This document shows positions 18,343 to 29,600 of a stretch of 64,000 nt of DNA, piece after piece (positions within the stretch are counted from its first letter, which is position 1; each line of letters starts with the position of its first letter). The stretch lies in the IMG/VR virus record IMGVR_UViG_3300025137_005045. One strand, given 5' to 3'. The position numbers and the translations under genes were made by a program. The DNA is from a virus (taxonomy: Duplodnaviria; Caudoviricetes). Below the pieces are notes generated by a model, which was not told where the DNA came from, did not search any database, and saw only the letters and a list, made by a program, of their open reading frames with translations.

Positions 18343-18661
18343 AATATTTTAACTTCCAATGTTGTCCCTTGCCAATAATAGTAATGTCATCTGACAGTGT
18401 TTCTGTACCTTCTGTACTGGGTACTAATTTACGGAATTGAGTTGTTCTATTTGGATTATATAGTTGTCCATCTTTAACAATAACATCCTGTCTAAATTGA
18501 GCGTAAACTTCTTGCTCTACTACTATATACTTATTCCCTGGGAGATCTTGGGTAGTATAGGTAATTATGGAGCCGTCCTCACGGTAATAAACACGATACT
18601 CACGATCTGTATTTGTTTGTACACCGTTGAACTTATCTTTAATTTTCCAAAAGTTGCTCAT
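18335..18661 (-). CDS. Hypothetical protein
   Basis: 108-aa ORF overlapping both neighbours in the operon. Confidence 0.7.
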   Translation of the reverse strand: MSNFWKIKDKFNGVQTNTDREYRVYYREDGSIITYTTQDLPGNKYIVVEQEVYAQFRQDVIVKDGQLYNPNRTTQFRKLVPSTEGTETLSDDITIIGKGQHWKLKYYD

Positions 18662-19427
18662 AATGTTCCTCTAATTTTTCTGCAAAACTTTTGATATAAT
18701 AGTGTGTAGGCATTTGTTGTTGTATGGTATTAATTCTTAATCCTCGATCACTAAGTTCCCATACCAGTTCTTTTGTCCAGTCTTCTCCATCACACCAATT
18801 AATTTTACCTTTCATGTGTACAAATTTAGGATATGATGACGGTATAAGAAAATTCTCTCGACCCAAAAGTGTTATAGCAATAGCGTACACAGTGTCAGTG
18901 TCAGGATCTGTTTGTGTCCATCCTTTTAATTTAACTTGATCCCAATTTTCAAATAGTTGTCTACATGTAGTAAAAAATCTGGCGGCCAATTGACTGCGTC
19001 TCCAGTAGGTTACTGCATTATATACATCAGGTAAGTTATTAGCATCAAGATGTTTTCGATAATCTCTTTGTGTTGCTCGATGACCATAAAAATTACGAGC
19101 TCCTTCAGCTACAAAAACATCTTTCTTTTCCATCATAGGCCACCAATGATCTATACTACCATTTAAGATCATATCAGCTTCTAGTTTAAGTGTTTGCCTA
19201 AAAGGACTTGCTTCTAGTATTTGCCAATCATTCTTTAATCCGCCTTGATCACCATGTGGTAATGCTATTTCATAATCAAATATTGCATCTCGACAGTCAC
19301 CCACCACTGCTATCTTAGCACTAGGCATAAAGTATTTGATTGACTTTGCTAATGCACGGGCACATTGGTGGTACTGCGTACCTTGTGCTAGTATTAAATA
19401 TCCTCGTTCTTGTTTAACTGATTGCAC
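18639..19427 (-). CDS. Glycosyltransferase-like protein (GT-A, GT8-like)
   Basis: GYLILA, SPFRQTLKLEADM (ExD variant), YNAVTYW, DTVYAIA, FVHMKG. Confidence 0.6.
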   Translation of the reverse strand: MQSVKQERGYLILAQGTQYHQCARALAKSIKYFMPSAKIAVVGDCRDAIFDYEIALPHGDQGGLKNDWQILEASPFRQTLKLEADMILNGSIDHWWPMMEKKDVFVAEGARNFYGHRATQRDYRKHLDANNLPDVYNAVTYWRRSQLAARFFTTCRQLFENWDQVKLKGWTQTDPDTDTVYAIAITLLGRENFLIPSSYPKFVHMKGKINWCDGEDWTKELVWELSDRGLRINTIQQQMPTHYYIKSFAEKLEEHYEQLLEN

Positions 19428-20166
19428 TAATTGCCTCCATTGATTTCTTGTGCATTACGTGTATGTCTAATCCTTTAATTTGACTTCTTACTGTCTTATT
19501 TCTTTTGTCGTAACTAAGATGTATAACATCATCTTCAACAGATACTTTAACATCAGTTGATGCAGTTGCTAAAGGCCAAGGTATTGTACGTGTAGTACTC
19601 AGTACATGTCCGCCCACTATACCTAGTGCTATTGAAAAAGCATAATCATTTCTAAAAGGTTTATGTGCAAATTTGTATGTTTCAGCAAAATGACTGTAGT
19701 TTTGCCTAATAGTTTTTACTACATCAAATATTACTTTATTCTGGCTTTCTCTGTTAAAATAAAAAACTGTAGCCCAGCTTTGTGGAAACTTTAATTGTCC
19801 GAAGTCTGTTTGTCCTCTAAAAGCATTTCTGCCAGTGACATCACTGACTATTTGATGTATAAGAAAACTTTGTGGCATGTCAAATAGTGTCAGCAGTATA
19901 TCTGAGTTTACTATATAATCAGCATCAATCACTATAGTTTCATCATATGGGCTGTCATTCCACGCATTTGCTCGACTAGCATTTAGCCATTGAGATCTAA
20001 CACCATCAAAGGTTCTGGTACCACCTGCTGATGCATGTTCTGACTTACTAATAATTGTGGTTTCTAACCCAAGGAATCGTTTGATACGTTTAGCATTCCA
20101 TCTGGCCATTGCCTCATAGTCTATCTCGCCATTATTAAAGGCATAGATCAATACTCCACGATTCAT
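19414..20166 (-). CDS. Glycosyltransferase-like protein (GT-A), paralog of the preceding gene
   Basis: GVLIYA, SPYDETIVIDADY (DxD), WATVFYF, RNDYAFSIA, IHVMHK. Confidence 0.6.
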   Translation of the reverse strand: MNRGVLIYAFNNGEIDYEAMARWNAKRIKRFLGLETTIISKSEHASAGGTRTFDGVRSQWLNASRANAWNDSPYDETIVIDADYIVNSDILLTLFDMPQSFLIHQIVSDVTGRNAFRGQTDFGQLKFPQSWATVFYFNRESQNKVIFDVVKTIRQNYSHFAETYKFAHKPFRNDYAFSIALGIVGGHVLSTTRTIPWPLATASTDVKVSVEDDVIHLSYDKRNKTVRSQIKGLDIHVMHKKSMEAISAIS

Positions 20167-20465
20167 CTTTGTTGACTTATTTCTGTTAATTCAACTAACC
20201 AAGCATTCATTTGTTCTTGCCAACGTTGTTTAGTTTCGTTTAATAGATCAACACGATTGACACTGGTAGGATTGCCGTATAGATCCAATATTACTGGATT
20301 GTCGATATCTTCAATGCTGGTAAGCAAGGTAATTAGTGTAGGGTCTGCACGCCACATACCTCCGCAAGAAGCAAATATCAATTTGGCTTCATACTTTTCT
20401 CGAAGAGTTTGTTTGGCCGCTTCGTGATCAAAGCGTTGTTTAATGTTATCTGATAGAATAGTCAT
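20163..20465 (-). CDS. Hypothetical protein, first gene of the modification operon
   Basis: 100-aa ORF; late-type motif 16 nt upstream. Confidence 0.7.
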   Translation of the reverse strand: MTILSDNIKQRFDHEAAKQTLREKYEAKLIFASCGGMWRADPTLITLLTSIEDIDNPVILDLYGNPTSVNRVDLLNETKQRWQEQMNAWLVELTEISQQR

Positions 20466-20480
20466 AATAGAAGTATAACA

Positions 20481-20488
20481 TACTTATA
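20481..20488 (-). promoter_or_regulatory. T4-like late promoter variant TATAAGTA
   Basis: In the short intergenic gap upstream of 20465; one mismatch from T4 TATAAATA; the same variant lies upstream of 55721. Confidence 0.55.
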
Positions 20489-20546
20489 GCCAAAATAAAA
20501 GAGCTTTGAAAAAAGCCCTTTTATCAATTCTATCAAACTATCTAGT

Positions 20547-21548
20547 TTATAGTGCTTCAGTTACTGACAGTGTTGGTGTACCCCATGATGCTGATGTTAA
20601 TTGTGTGTTACTTGGTGGTACTGCTGTTATTGTTACTGTTATTGTACCGTCAACTTGGTCTAATGCTTGTTGGTTACCCGTAGTTGGAAAAGCCGCATTA
20701 GCTGTATCAGCCGCATCATCTACCATTTCAGTTGTAATATCTAAATTTGCACCGTTTGCTAAAGCCGAAACTTTAATATAGTTAGCTGTATATGGAGATC
20801 CATCTGAATACTTTTTAATCAACTGTTGATTTGATGTAGTTAGTGCATGATAATCGAGCGTTCCTTTAGCTGATCCTGATCCACCTGACGCACCACCTGT
20901 TTGTGTAGTACCTGTATATGCAACTCCGTTAACTGTGTGTGAGTCACTACCACTTAATGTAACAGTACCCATATCACTAGTTAAATTTGCCCACTCTGTG
21001 TTTTTATCACTTGTTGTACCACCCGAACGGCTCATTGTAATAGTAATTAATCCACCTGCATTAAACCAATATCTTGCCGCCGCCGCCGAAGCAAAAGCTA
21101 CACGTTGTGTGGTTGCAATGGTTTGGGTACCAGTTTGTCCTGCCCAAGTCGCTGTTCTTGCACTTGCACCACCTGATGTAATTGGTGTTCCTGAAGCCGC
21201 CGCATTCAATCTGTTGGCGAAAATAGTGTTTATGTCTGTTTGAAAGTTTGCTAGTGCCGCAATTTCGTCTCCAGCATTAATTGTTGATACCGCTGTAACA
21301 GAAGAACCCTGATGTGCCGCTATTGTTTCCATCCTACCTACCAATGTTTCCCATTGTGTAGCTGAAATTGTACTCGCCGCCGCTACTGCTGAAATGGTAG
21401 ATGACTCTCCGTAACCGTAATCTCCAGTTCCAGTTCCCCAAAGTGTGTTTGTATTTGCAACTGAGTTGTCTCCTGTCCCAGCCGCATTACCAGTAGCAAA
21501 TATGTTGTATTCGTTATCTAGTATTACGTCGCCTGCTGAATATGCCAT
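20547..21548 (-). CDS. Virion structural protein (tail/baseplate-associated, Ala/Thr/Gly-rich)
   Basis: Composition typical of beta-rich virion proteins; lies in the tail gene block. Confidence 0.65.
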   Translation of the reverse strand: MAYSAGDVILDNEYNIFATGNAAGTGDNSVANTNTLWGTGTGDYGYGESSTISAVAAASTISATQWETLVGRMETIAAHQGSSVTAVSTINAGDEIAALANFQTDINTIFANRLNAAASGTPITSGGASARTATWAGQTGTQTIATTQRVAFASAAAARYWFNAGGLITITMSRSGGTTSDKNTEWANLTSDMGTVTLSGSDSHTVNGVAYTGTTQTGGASGGSGSAKGTLDYHALTTSNQQLIKKYSDGSPYTANYIKVSALANGANLDITTEMVDDAADTANAAFPTTGNQQALDQVDGTITVTITAVPPSNTQLTSASWGTPTLSVTEAL

Positions 21549-21570
21549 GTCTTATTCCTTTTATATGCTA

Positions 21571-22929
21571 TTAATTGGAGATGGTTACAATAGCTTCTAC
21601 TGTACCTTCTTCAACCGTGATTTTTGTTTCAAGTGCTCTACCAATAACATTAAAAGCATTGGCTTCTCCTACTGTGGCCGATCTAGCTAGACCATTACCT
21701 GCTGATACTAGTCGATCGCCTTTATTAACACTACCTATTACTCTAACAGGAACTCTTCCTGACATGGCAATTGGTGGGTGTGTTTCGTTTGATCCTGCAT
21801 TACCGTTCATTAAGAACGCCGCTGATGTTGATATAACACCAAATACAGCATCTGTTAAATCTGTTGACGCCCGTGTTACTTCTTTTTCACCGCCTAATTC
21901 TACAACTGTTCCTGCTGGATAAGTTGTATCTGTTTCAAATCGTTCCGCCAAATCCGCATATTGTGCTGAAGTTGCTTTGGCATGGATTGTATTAAATCCA
22001 ACCGTTGCACTACCAATATTACCAACACCATCTGCTTGTGCATTTATTAAATCTGATGATAGTTGTAATGTACCTGTTGCACCGTCAATGTTAGCAACAG
22101 TAGTTGTTACACCGCCATCATTGACTTTAAATGTAATATCGCCATTAGCAGTTTGATTCGCTACTGTAACATCTGTGCCAGTAACACTTACTCTAAAGTC
22201 ACTGTCTACACCAACTGAAAGACCAGTATCATTGGCTACACCTAATGTACCTGCAGTTGTGTCATTACCAATAGCACTTAAAAAGTCTGTTGAATCTAAA
22301 TTATCTAGTGTTTGAGCATTTGTTGCTGAACCTTTAAATACTGCATTTGAAACTGTTGAGCTTAACTGTATACCTGGCCCAATTGTTCCAAAACCTGTAA
22401 GTGCTGAACCTGGAGTAAAGGTTGCGTCTTTTGAAATGGTTCCAACGATGGTATCTTGAACAAATAGTTTAACAACAATATGATCAGCGGCTACATTATC
22501 TGTTACTGTGTCAACGATAGCACCTGTAGTTCCTGACCCTGCTGTAAACGAAGGGCCAACTAAAACAAATGCTGAGCCATCATATACTTTTAATTGAGAA
22601 TTTGTTGAATCAAACCATAAGTCACCAGATACCACTGAAGATGGTGCTGATCCAGAACTAGTAGCTGAACCTAAGTTTTTAAATACCGTTCCATTATATA
22701 CTTTAAGTACACCTGCTGATTTATCAAACCATAGTTGACCTGTTAAAGGTGCACTTGGTGATGATGTATTTGCATTGCTTTCTAATAGTTTCAGTACGTT
22801 CTCGTTTAAGAACTCACCGTAGCCTGCAAAGTTCTTACCGACTAAAGTCAGCGAACTAGTAGTGTTGATAGTACCATCTGCTACTGTAGCAAATATGGTT
22901 CCATCTGTTTGGTTAATTGTGTATGCCAT
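21571..22929 (-). CDS. Tail fiber-like protein with probable C-terminal intramolecular chaperone (peptidase G2-like) domain
   Basis: Repeated GQLWFD/GDLWFD..LKVY.G modules; C-terminal YADLAERF..GTVVELGG..GRVPVRVIG..KGDRLV. Confidence 0.65.
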   Translation of the reverse strand: MAYTINQTDGTIFATVADGTINTTSSLTLVGKNFAGYGEFLNENVLKLLESNANTSSPSAPLTGQLWFDKSAGVLKVYNGTVFKNLGSATSSGSAPSSVVSGDLWFDSTNSQLKVYDGSAFVLVGPSFTAGSGTTGAIVDTVTDNVAADHIVVKLFVQDTIVGTISKDATFTPGSALTGFGTIGPGIQLSSTVSNAVFKGSATNAQTLDNLDSTDFLSAIGNDTTAGTLGVANDTGLSVGVDSDFRVSVTGTDVTVANQTANGDITFKVNDGGVTTTVANIDGATGTLQLSSDLINAQADGVGNIGSATVGFNTIHAKATSAQYADLAERFETDTTYPAGTVVELGGEKEVTRASTDLTDAVFGVISTSAAFLMNGNAGSNETHPPIAMSGRVPVRVIGSVNKGDRLVSAGNGLARSATVGEANAFNVIGRALETKITVEEGTVEAIVTISN

Positions 22930-22958
22930 CGTTTATATACTCCGTATCCTTATTGTAT

Positions 22959-22966
22959 TATTTATC
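22959..22966 (-). promoter_or_regulatory. T4-like late promoter GATAAATA
   Basis: Intergenic, about 30 nt upstream of 22929. Confidence 0.6.
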
Positions 22967-22987
22967 TGATTCATTATGTAAGCACAT

Positions 22988-23641
22988 TTAAGTGGTGCTC
23001 AAATTGGTCAGAGTTTGTATTCTTACAGTATAATCTATCTGTATTTGCCTGTTTAGTGATTTTTGTACTGGGTGAAAAACAACATGTGTTATCAAATCTA
23101 GATCAGTTGTTGAACCTTGCCAGGATTTTAAACCCAACTCGTCAAACACAAAATTACCATCTAAGTTTGTTGAGTTGTCAAATGCTTGTTGTCCACTAGG
23201 CTCACCATAATCTAATAAGCAACTTACTAAAATATCTGTAAATACTTTTCCACTTGTGTGTAGTACCGTTAATTTATTTCTTGTTGTATCTGTATTAGCC
23301 GCAGATGTATCATCTACAATTTTCTGATATGTCTGATTATATAAATTAGCATTAACTCCAGAAACATTCGGTGGCAAATATGTGATAACACCGGTGGTGT
23401 CAACACTTGATCCACCGTTACCAAATGCCATTTGATGTATGTATCCTAAGTTTTTATTAGCCATGCTCTGTGCAAGGCTGTTTGAAAAGTTTTCATAATG
23501 AATAGCATTACGCTTATCCACAAAGACTTCTTCATTATTAGGATCAAATATTTTTAAGTGGCCTTGAATTAATATTCCACTATTTTCATTTGGTTGTTGT
23601 ATTTGTTCTTCCATATTTTCCTGCTCTGTTGTATGTTCCAT
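22988..23641 (-). CDS. Conserved-looking virion/baseplate-associated protein
   Basis: ORF between the giant protein and the fiber genes. The track start 23656 overlaps a GATAAATA motif (23646-23653), so ATG 23641 is more likely. Confidence 0.65.
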   Translation of the reverse strand: MEHTTEQENMEEQIQQPNENSGILIQGHLKIFDPNNEEVFVDKRNAIHYENFSNSLAQSMANKNLGYIHQMAFGNGGSSVDTTGVITYLPPNVSGVNANLYNQTYQKIVDDTSAANTDTTRNKLTVLHTSGKVFTDILVSCLLDYGEPSGQQAFDNSTNLDGNFVFDELGLKSWQGSTTDLDLITHVVFHPVQKSLNRQIQIDYTVRIQTLTNLSTT

Positions 23642-23662
23642 ACTATATTTATCCATCCTTAA

Positions 23663-26600
23663 TTACTGGCCCCTAAGAAACTTAGCTGGTACAGTATTTG
23701 TGTTCTGTAGAGCTTTACCGTTGGTTATTGTGCTACCATCATCTATTGTAGGTTGATTATACACTGTTTTAGCATAATCAAAATTTAAGTAAGTTGTTAC
23801 TGAATAATCGTACACTATTGCTCCTACATCATGGCTACTAGCCGCTGTTCCTGCTGTTCCTCTACGAAGTCCACTAACTTTATTATTTGTAACATCTAAT
23901 GTCCTGTATGTAATACGTTCGCCATCGATCATGATAATACCAAATATGTTGTTATTTAAATCTGGCTTACTTAATTTAGTTGCATCTAATACTGAAATTT
24001 CATCAGCGATTGCTGTTAATGCTGTTGTCACTGTTGTAACATGAGATTTATTAATATTGTAAATTGCATTCGCATCTCTCATGTCTTTAAATACTGCAAA
24101 ATCTAGTCTATCAGGAACTATGTTTTCACTTTGCATGCGTACCACTACCACATCTAAAGCACCAATTGCTGAACTTAAGAATTCAATTTTGGTATCACCA
24201 TTTTGATTTAATTGCCAGTCACGACCATAATACTTTCTTAATCCGTTTACTGTAACTTGTAGTCTGTCAGGACGGGTAATAACTCTATCTAAATCGAATA
24301 AACTTAGATCAACTGATGATGCGGTTGTTTCATCAAATGTAGTTTCATCATATCCATCACTGTCATATGACACAACAGCAGTAACCCCTGTTGATGTTGG
24401 TCCTTTAAATGCTCTATTAATTAAATCAAGTTCGCTGGTATTATTATCTGTTGTAATAACTATTCTACTTCCTGATGTAGGTGCTGTATTGAATACAATT
24501 TTATTGTCAGCACTGACAAGTTCACCGGTGTAATCTATTTTATATTCTGCTGATGTTTCAACAAATACTGTAACTTTGGCTCCTACCACTGGAGCTTCTG
24601 TCATTGCAATGAAACGCACTGAACTTGAATCTATTGGAGATATTGTAAAATCTTCATACAATTTAAGTTCAGTATCATTGACAAATACATGCACGTCGTT
24701 GTCTGCAATTAAACTTTGGAAGAGACTTTCTGATGTACTCCAATTAGTAAGATTTAAATGGTACGGACCTGCACTCGATCCGTCGCTGGTAAATTGCAAT
24801 GCTTCTGGCGGTGTTAATCTACGACCATCAACTTCGACTATTGCAGTATACGGATTAAATTTTTGGAAGTCTTGTGTTAAGCTATATTCAATTGCACCCG
24901 TGGCATTAATAATTTGTGAATTAGGATGACTTGATGTTTGCTCTAAACTTTCATCGTGTGTTATATATCCAGGTAATGTTGATGCATCACCTTCGTAACC
25001 TAAAATAGCAATATGTATGTAATCACCTGGAACTAATGGAGCAGTTCCAAAATATTTAACTGCACCAATACCACTTGTACCGAATGTAATTCTTGTTGTA
25101 TACTCATTAACTTCTGTAAATGTATAGTTAGTAATTCTGGAACCATTACACTTAATCATTGCTTCATAAATTTGCTCAAAGTTAACAGGAACATCAATAT
25201 GTACTAGTGTAGACGCATCTACATAATAATCAGTTACTGAATAGTTGTCGACCCACAGTTGATTTCCGCCACCAATACCATAACTTTCTACTCTTAAAAT
25301 ATCGCCTGAGCTAATATTAGTTCCAGTAAATGTTAGTGTTTTGTTTAGCCAATCAACATTGTAATCTACAGCATCTACCGCTGGTAATACATATTCAAAT
25401 CTTAAACTTAGTCCAGTTGTAACGTTTACTGCTCTGACAGCAAACGGATTAGTTGTTAACTTAGCAAAATTAATTGTTCTTTTTTCTGCTGTTCCATCAT
25501 ATACAAAATTTTCACTACCAAATGCACCTGAGTGTCCGTCAGCATCATAATCAAAGCCAGGTCGAGTAAACACTTTCATGTTTAATGTATCAAACACTGA
25601 ACCTGGAATTAGCTCTTGTGGTGAATGGCTTGAGTACGTATCAATAAATGCACCACCACTAACGTTAATATCACTTGCTAGTGTTCCAAGATATGTATCA
25701 GTAAAATCTCCTGGATCGTATTTGGTATCCAATATTGATTCTGAATAGCTAGGTTCTCCTTCTGGACCAAAGTCAAGGTTGTCAAACGGATTAACATCAA
25801 AGTTACCAATATCATATCCTGTATTTTGTGAATACAATGGTGCTGACATTTGAACTCCAGGATAATCAGTTCCTGATATCAATAGTCCTAAATCTAGTCC
25901 AGGCTCATTAACTGCTGGAACATATAATCCCATGGTTCTATTCACACCACTTAATGTGCCTGGGTCTACTACAACAAAATCATCTGGATCAAATGTTGCT
26001 CCCTGTACTGCTAATGATGAGTCTTCTTCATTTTTAACTTCGTATACTTTGTTATTGTTTCTTACAAGGTCGCCTGGTTGGAACACAGTATTTGCTGTCC
26101 AATCTACAATCTCTGTTTGATATTCATACCTGTCATACTTCATGGCAGTTTTGTATGATCTAACAGTTCCAGGACTAGTTACAGCTATTGCTGTTGCTCC
26201 TGTACCACTACCACTTATTGTTAATGTCGGAGTTGTTGTATAACCTACACCAGCAGTAACAACTTCAACACTGGTAACTGCACCTGCTGTGTTTACTATT
26301 GCTTTAAATGTGGCCGGAGTTGTAGCAGTACCAGTAACTGTAACGGCTGGTGCAGTTATATATCCACTACCACCATTAACTACTGTAACTGAATCTATAC
26401 TCAGTGAGTGATTAGCATTCCATTGACTATACAGTCCTGTTGACCATATCGGATCAGTACTAGGGAAACTTCCGCTTAATCCATCATCTGACAGTTTTGG
26501 ACTTACGAAACGTCTTAGCGTATTATCATAATAGCTTGGTAGATCAAAGTCTGTTGTATCTCCTTGGAATAATTCCTCACCTTGATATTTTAGATTAAAT

Positions 26601-29600
26601 TCTTTTACCTGAACATGATATGGTTTAACTTCATTTATATATTTTTCAACAAACTCTTGGTTGTCAGTTTGAAAAATGTCAAACTCTTGTAAATCTCTAA
26701 GTGTATGCTCAACATCAACCAATGATGTTTTAACTAACCAATTAACACTTTGTTGTTCACTCTTAATATATTCAAACATTAGAGTTATTAAATTTATTCT
26801 TTCTATTGCTAATTCATTAATTAATAATTCATCATTAATTGCTGTAATAATTTGTCTGGTTTCAATTACTGGTTCAGCATCAAAATACTGTGCATCAAAT
26901 ACTTCAACATCAAATCCGTTACGGCCAATGCTGTAATCATAAACTGATTTTGATATTGCAATGGTACCGTCCTCTAAACAAATACGATCCCATCCAGTTG
27001 CTGTCCTAGCATAATTCTCAAATTTACCGTTACTGTTAGCAGTTACTCGAACAACATCACCTATGGATGTTGTTGATTCAATTGTGCTTAGTCTAGAGTA
27101 TGTAGCAACTTCATTTATTGGTTTATTTAATTCTGAGTATCCTGTGGCATACCAGTCTATAAATGACCAATAATTACTTGTTTTAAAATTTTGAACTCTG
27201 GATAATAATAAACTATCGTCGGCTTGTACTTCATATATTGTCCATAAATTATTATTTTGGCTGTCACTAGCAACCAGATATTTGTAACCTGTAGGTACCA
27301 GTATAAGATTTTGATATGTTAGTTCGTCATATGTAAGTACACGTTTATCCCATGCTCCTGATCCTATAATAGGTTCACTTTCCTGACTATTTAATGCTGT
27401 AAAGGTACGCATTTCACTTAGTGGGTTTTTAGCAAATACACTATTAGCTCTGGTAATATAGTTTCTAAGTGCTGTGAATCTATCAGCAAACATTGATTGT
27501 CTAGGTCTATATTCTATACCATATGATTCTGCCAGACCTAATGCTGTATCTGGTACTTTAAGTCCGGTGCTGTCGGTACCTGCGAAACTATCAATTAGTT
27601 TTCTGTATAAACGTGTACTTAGGAATTCGTTAGGATCACCTGCTTTAATTAATTCATATTCGACATGAACATTGTTGTCTGTTGATATTTTATCAAATTC
27701 AACATGCAATATTCTATCGGTTCCTGAAAGAAATTCTTTAGCATTGTAAATTGCTACCGATCCAGATGCAATTGGTGCCATGTAAGCAATACCACTAGCC
27801 TTAGGATCTAGTATATATTCACTCATGGTTTTTACGCTGAGTGTTTTATTATATCCCTGTATCACTGATGGTATATCTTTAACCCAGAAGTAATAAACAA
27901 TTTCAATATTTCCGCTAGACGAAACACGAGTATTTGTGCTATAATTGGATGTGCTGAAAACTGTTCCAGGTCCGGTATATTCTTCTGGTAGCTGTGAGCT
28001 TTCTACCCATTGGTATATGTCAACAGATGAACCTACAAACAATTGGTTCCAAATTTTGGATCTATAGTCAGTATCACCTTGATAATGATTAATAAATCGA
28101 GCATTTGTTGTATTCCACCATACATAACCAATGTATTCCTCATTCCATGTCATGCCATTATTGTTTACTGTTCCGACATTATAACTTGCTGGATCTTCTG
28201 CTCCAATAATATCTAAGTTTTGTTTAACTGCACCAAGTATCTTACCTTGTATTGGATCAACAAAATCTAATTCTGTTTTAACTTTCTTATCGTTTTTATC
28301 ATAGATAAAAGCAGAATTTAGTAAAGCAATATCAACTACTTTTTCTTCTTCTCTAATTACTTTCCATGCAATCTGATTGAGAGGATTATTCCAAACTGAT
28401 AATCTACCTATCACTTGACTGCTAGCATTTTTATGTCCAGGACTAGTAATTAATAACTTTCCTGATTTGTAATCAACTGCTTGACCAAATTTTGTCAGTG
28501 CAGAAACATTTTTATCAACTACCTGTTGACCAAATACAAATTGTCCCGGAGTTGCTGTACTATCATTGGCTGAACTTAAATAATCAAATGTATATACTAC
28601 ACCACTTTGTGTTTGTATATCTCTAATTTCAGTATGGTCACTGTCTAATGTTGTTGTTCCAGCATCAAGAGTCACTTCCAGATTACTTGCACCATTTGGA
28701 GATCCAACTACCAGGGTTAGTGCATCACTTGATATTGCTATTGATTCACCAAAGTTTGTGTACTCTTTTGGATATGGATTTGTTATTGTTTGTGTTACAA
28801 CAAATATATCTAGTCCTAATGCAGTCAATGGAGCAAGACCATCTGCCGCTGGTGATATATTTAATTTATTTGCTACAGGACCAGCTTTAGCATTTACCAA
28901 TGCTATGTTAAGTTTGCTGTCTGATGTTGCACTAGCAATAACATTTGGAATATTTGCATTATTGATATCTATAACAACTTGTGCCAATGTTGTGCTTGTA
29001 AAGGTTACAAGATAGTTATTGATTCTTATTTTATGTCCGGATGTCACTGTTGGAGTTGCTACTGTTCCTGTAATTGTTCCGTAAAGTCTTGACTGATTAA
29101 CTGCTCTTGTTACTGAACCACCTTCAGGAATTTCCTGACTGCTTGCAGGTGCACTAGCATAGACCGAACAGTTAGTTGGACATATTTTAACTTTATTTCC
29201 AAATAGTGCACCTTGATTTTTGCTTGTCATTTCTATTGTGTCAATTAACTGTATGTTATTTGTTTCAATATCAATAAAGTCACCTAATGCAGGTGCTGTT
29301 GCTAGTGTGGCTGTTTTGGTAGCAAATGTATATGTTCCACCAATATATCTGGTACTATTTGTTTGATAAACACCATTGACATAAACTTCGGCTCTGCCTT
29401 GTGGTGTTTGGTCTGTAGTAAATGTTTTATTTGTTGCCACGGTCTGTTGGAAACGTTGTACATCTCTGTCGTAAACATATACCTTACCAACTTGGTCTAT
29501 TGCTCCTGAAGTTGCAAGAGGAGCACCAACAATAATTTGTCTACCGTCTGTAGTGGTTGCTACTGAATCACCAAATCTTTCGCCGGTAGTTCCTGCTATA

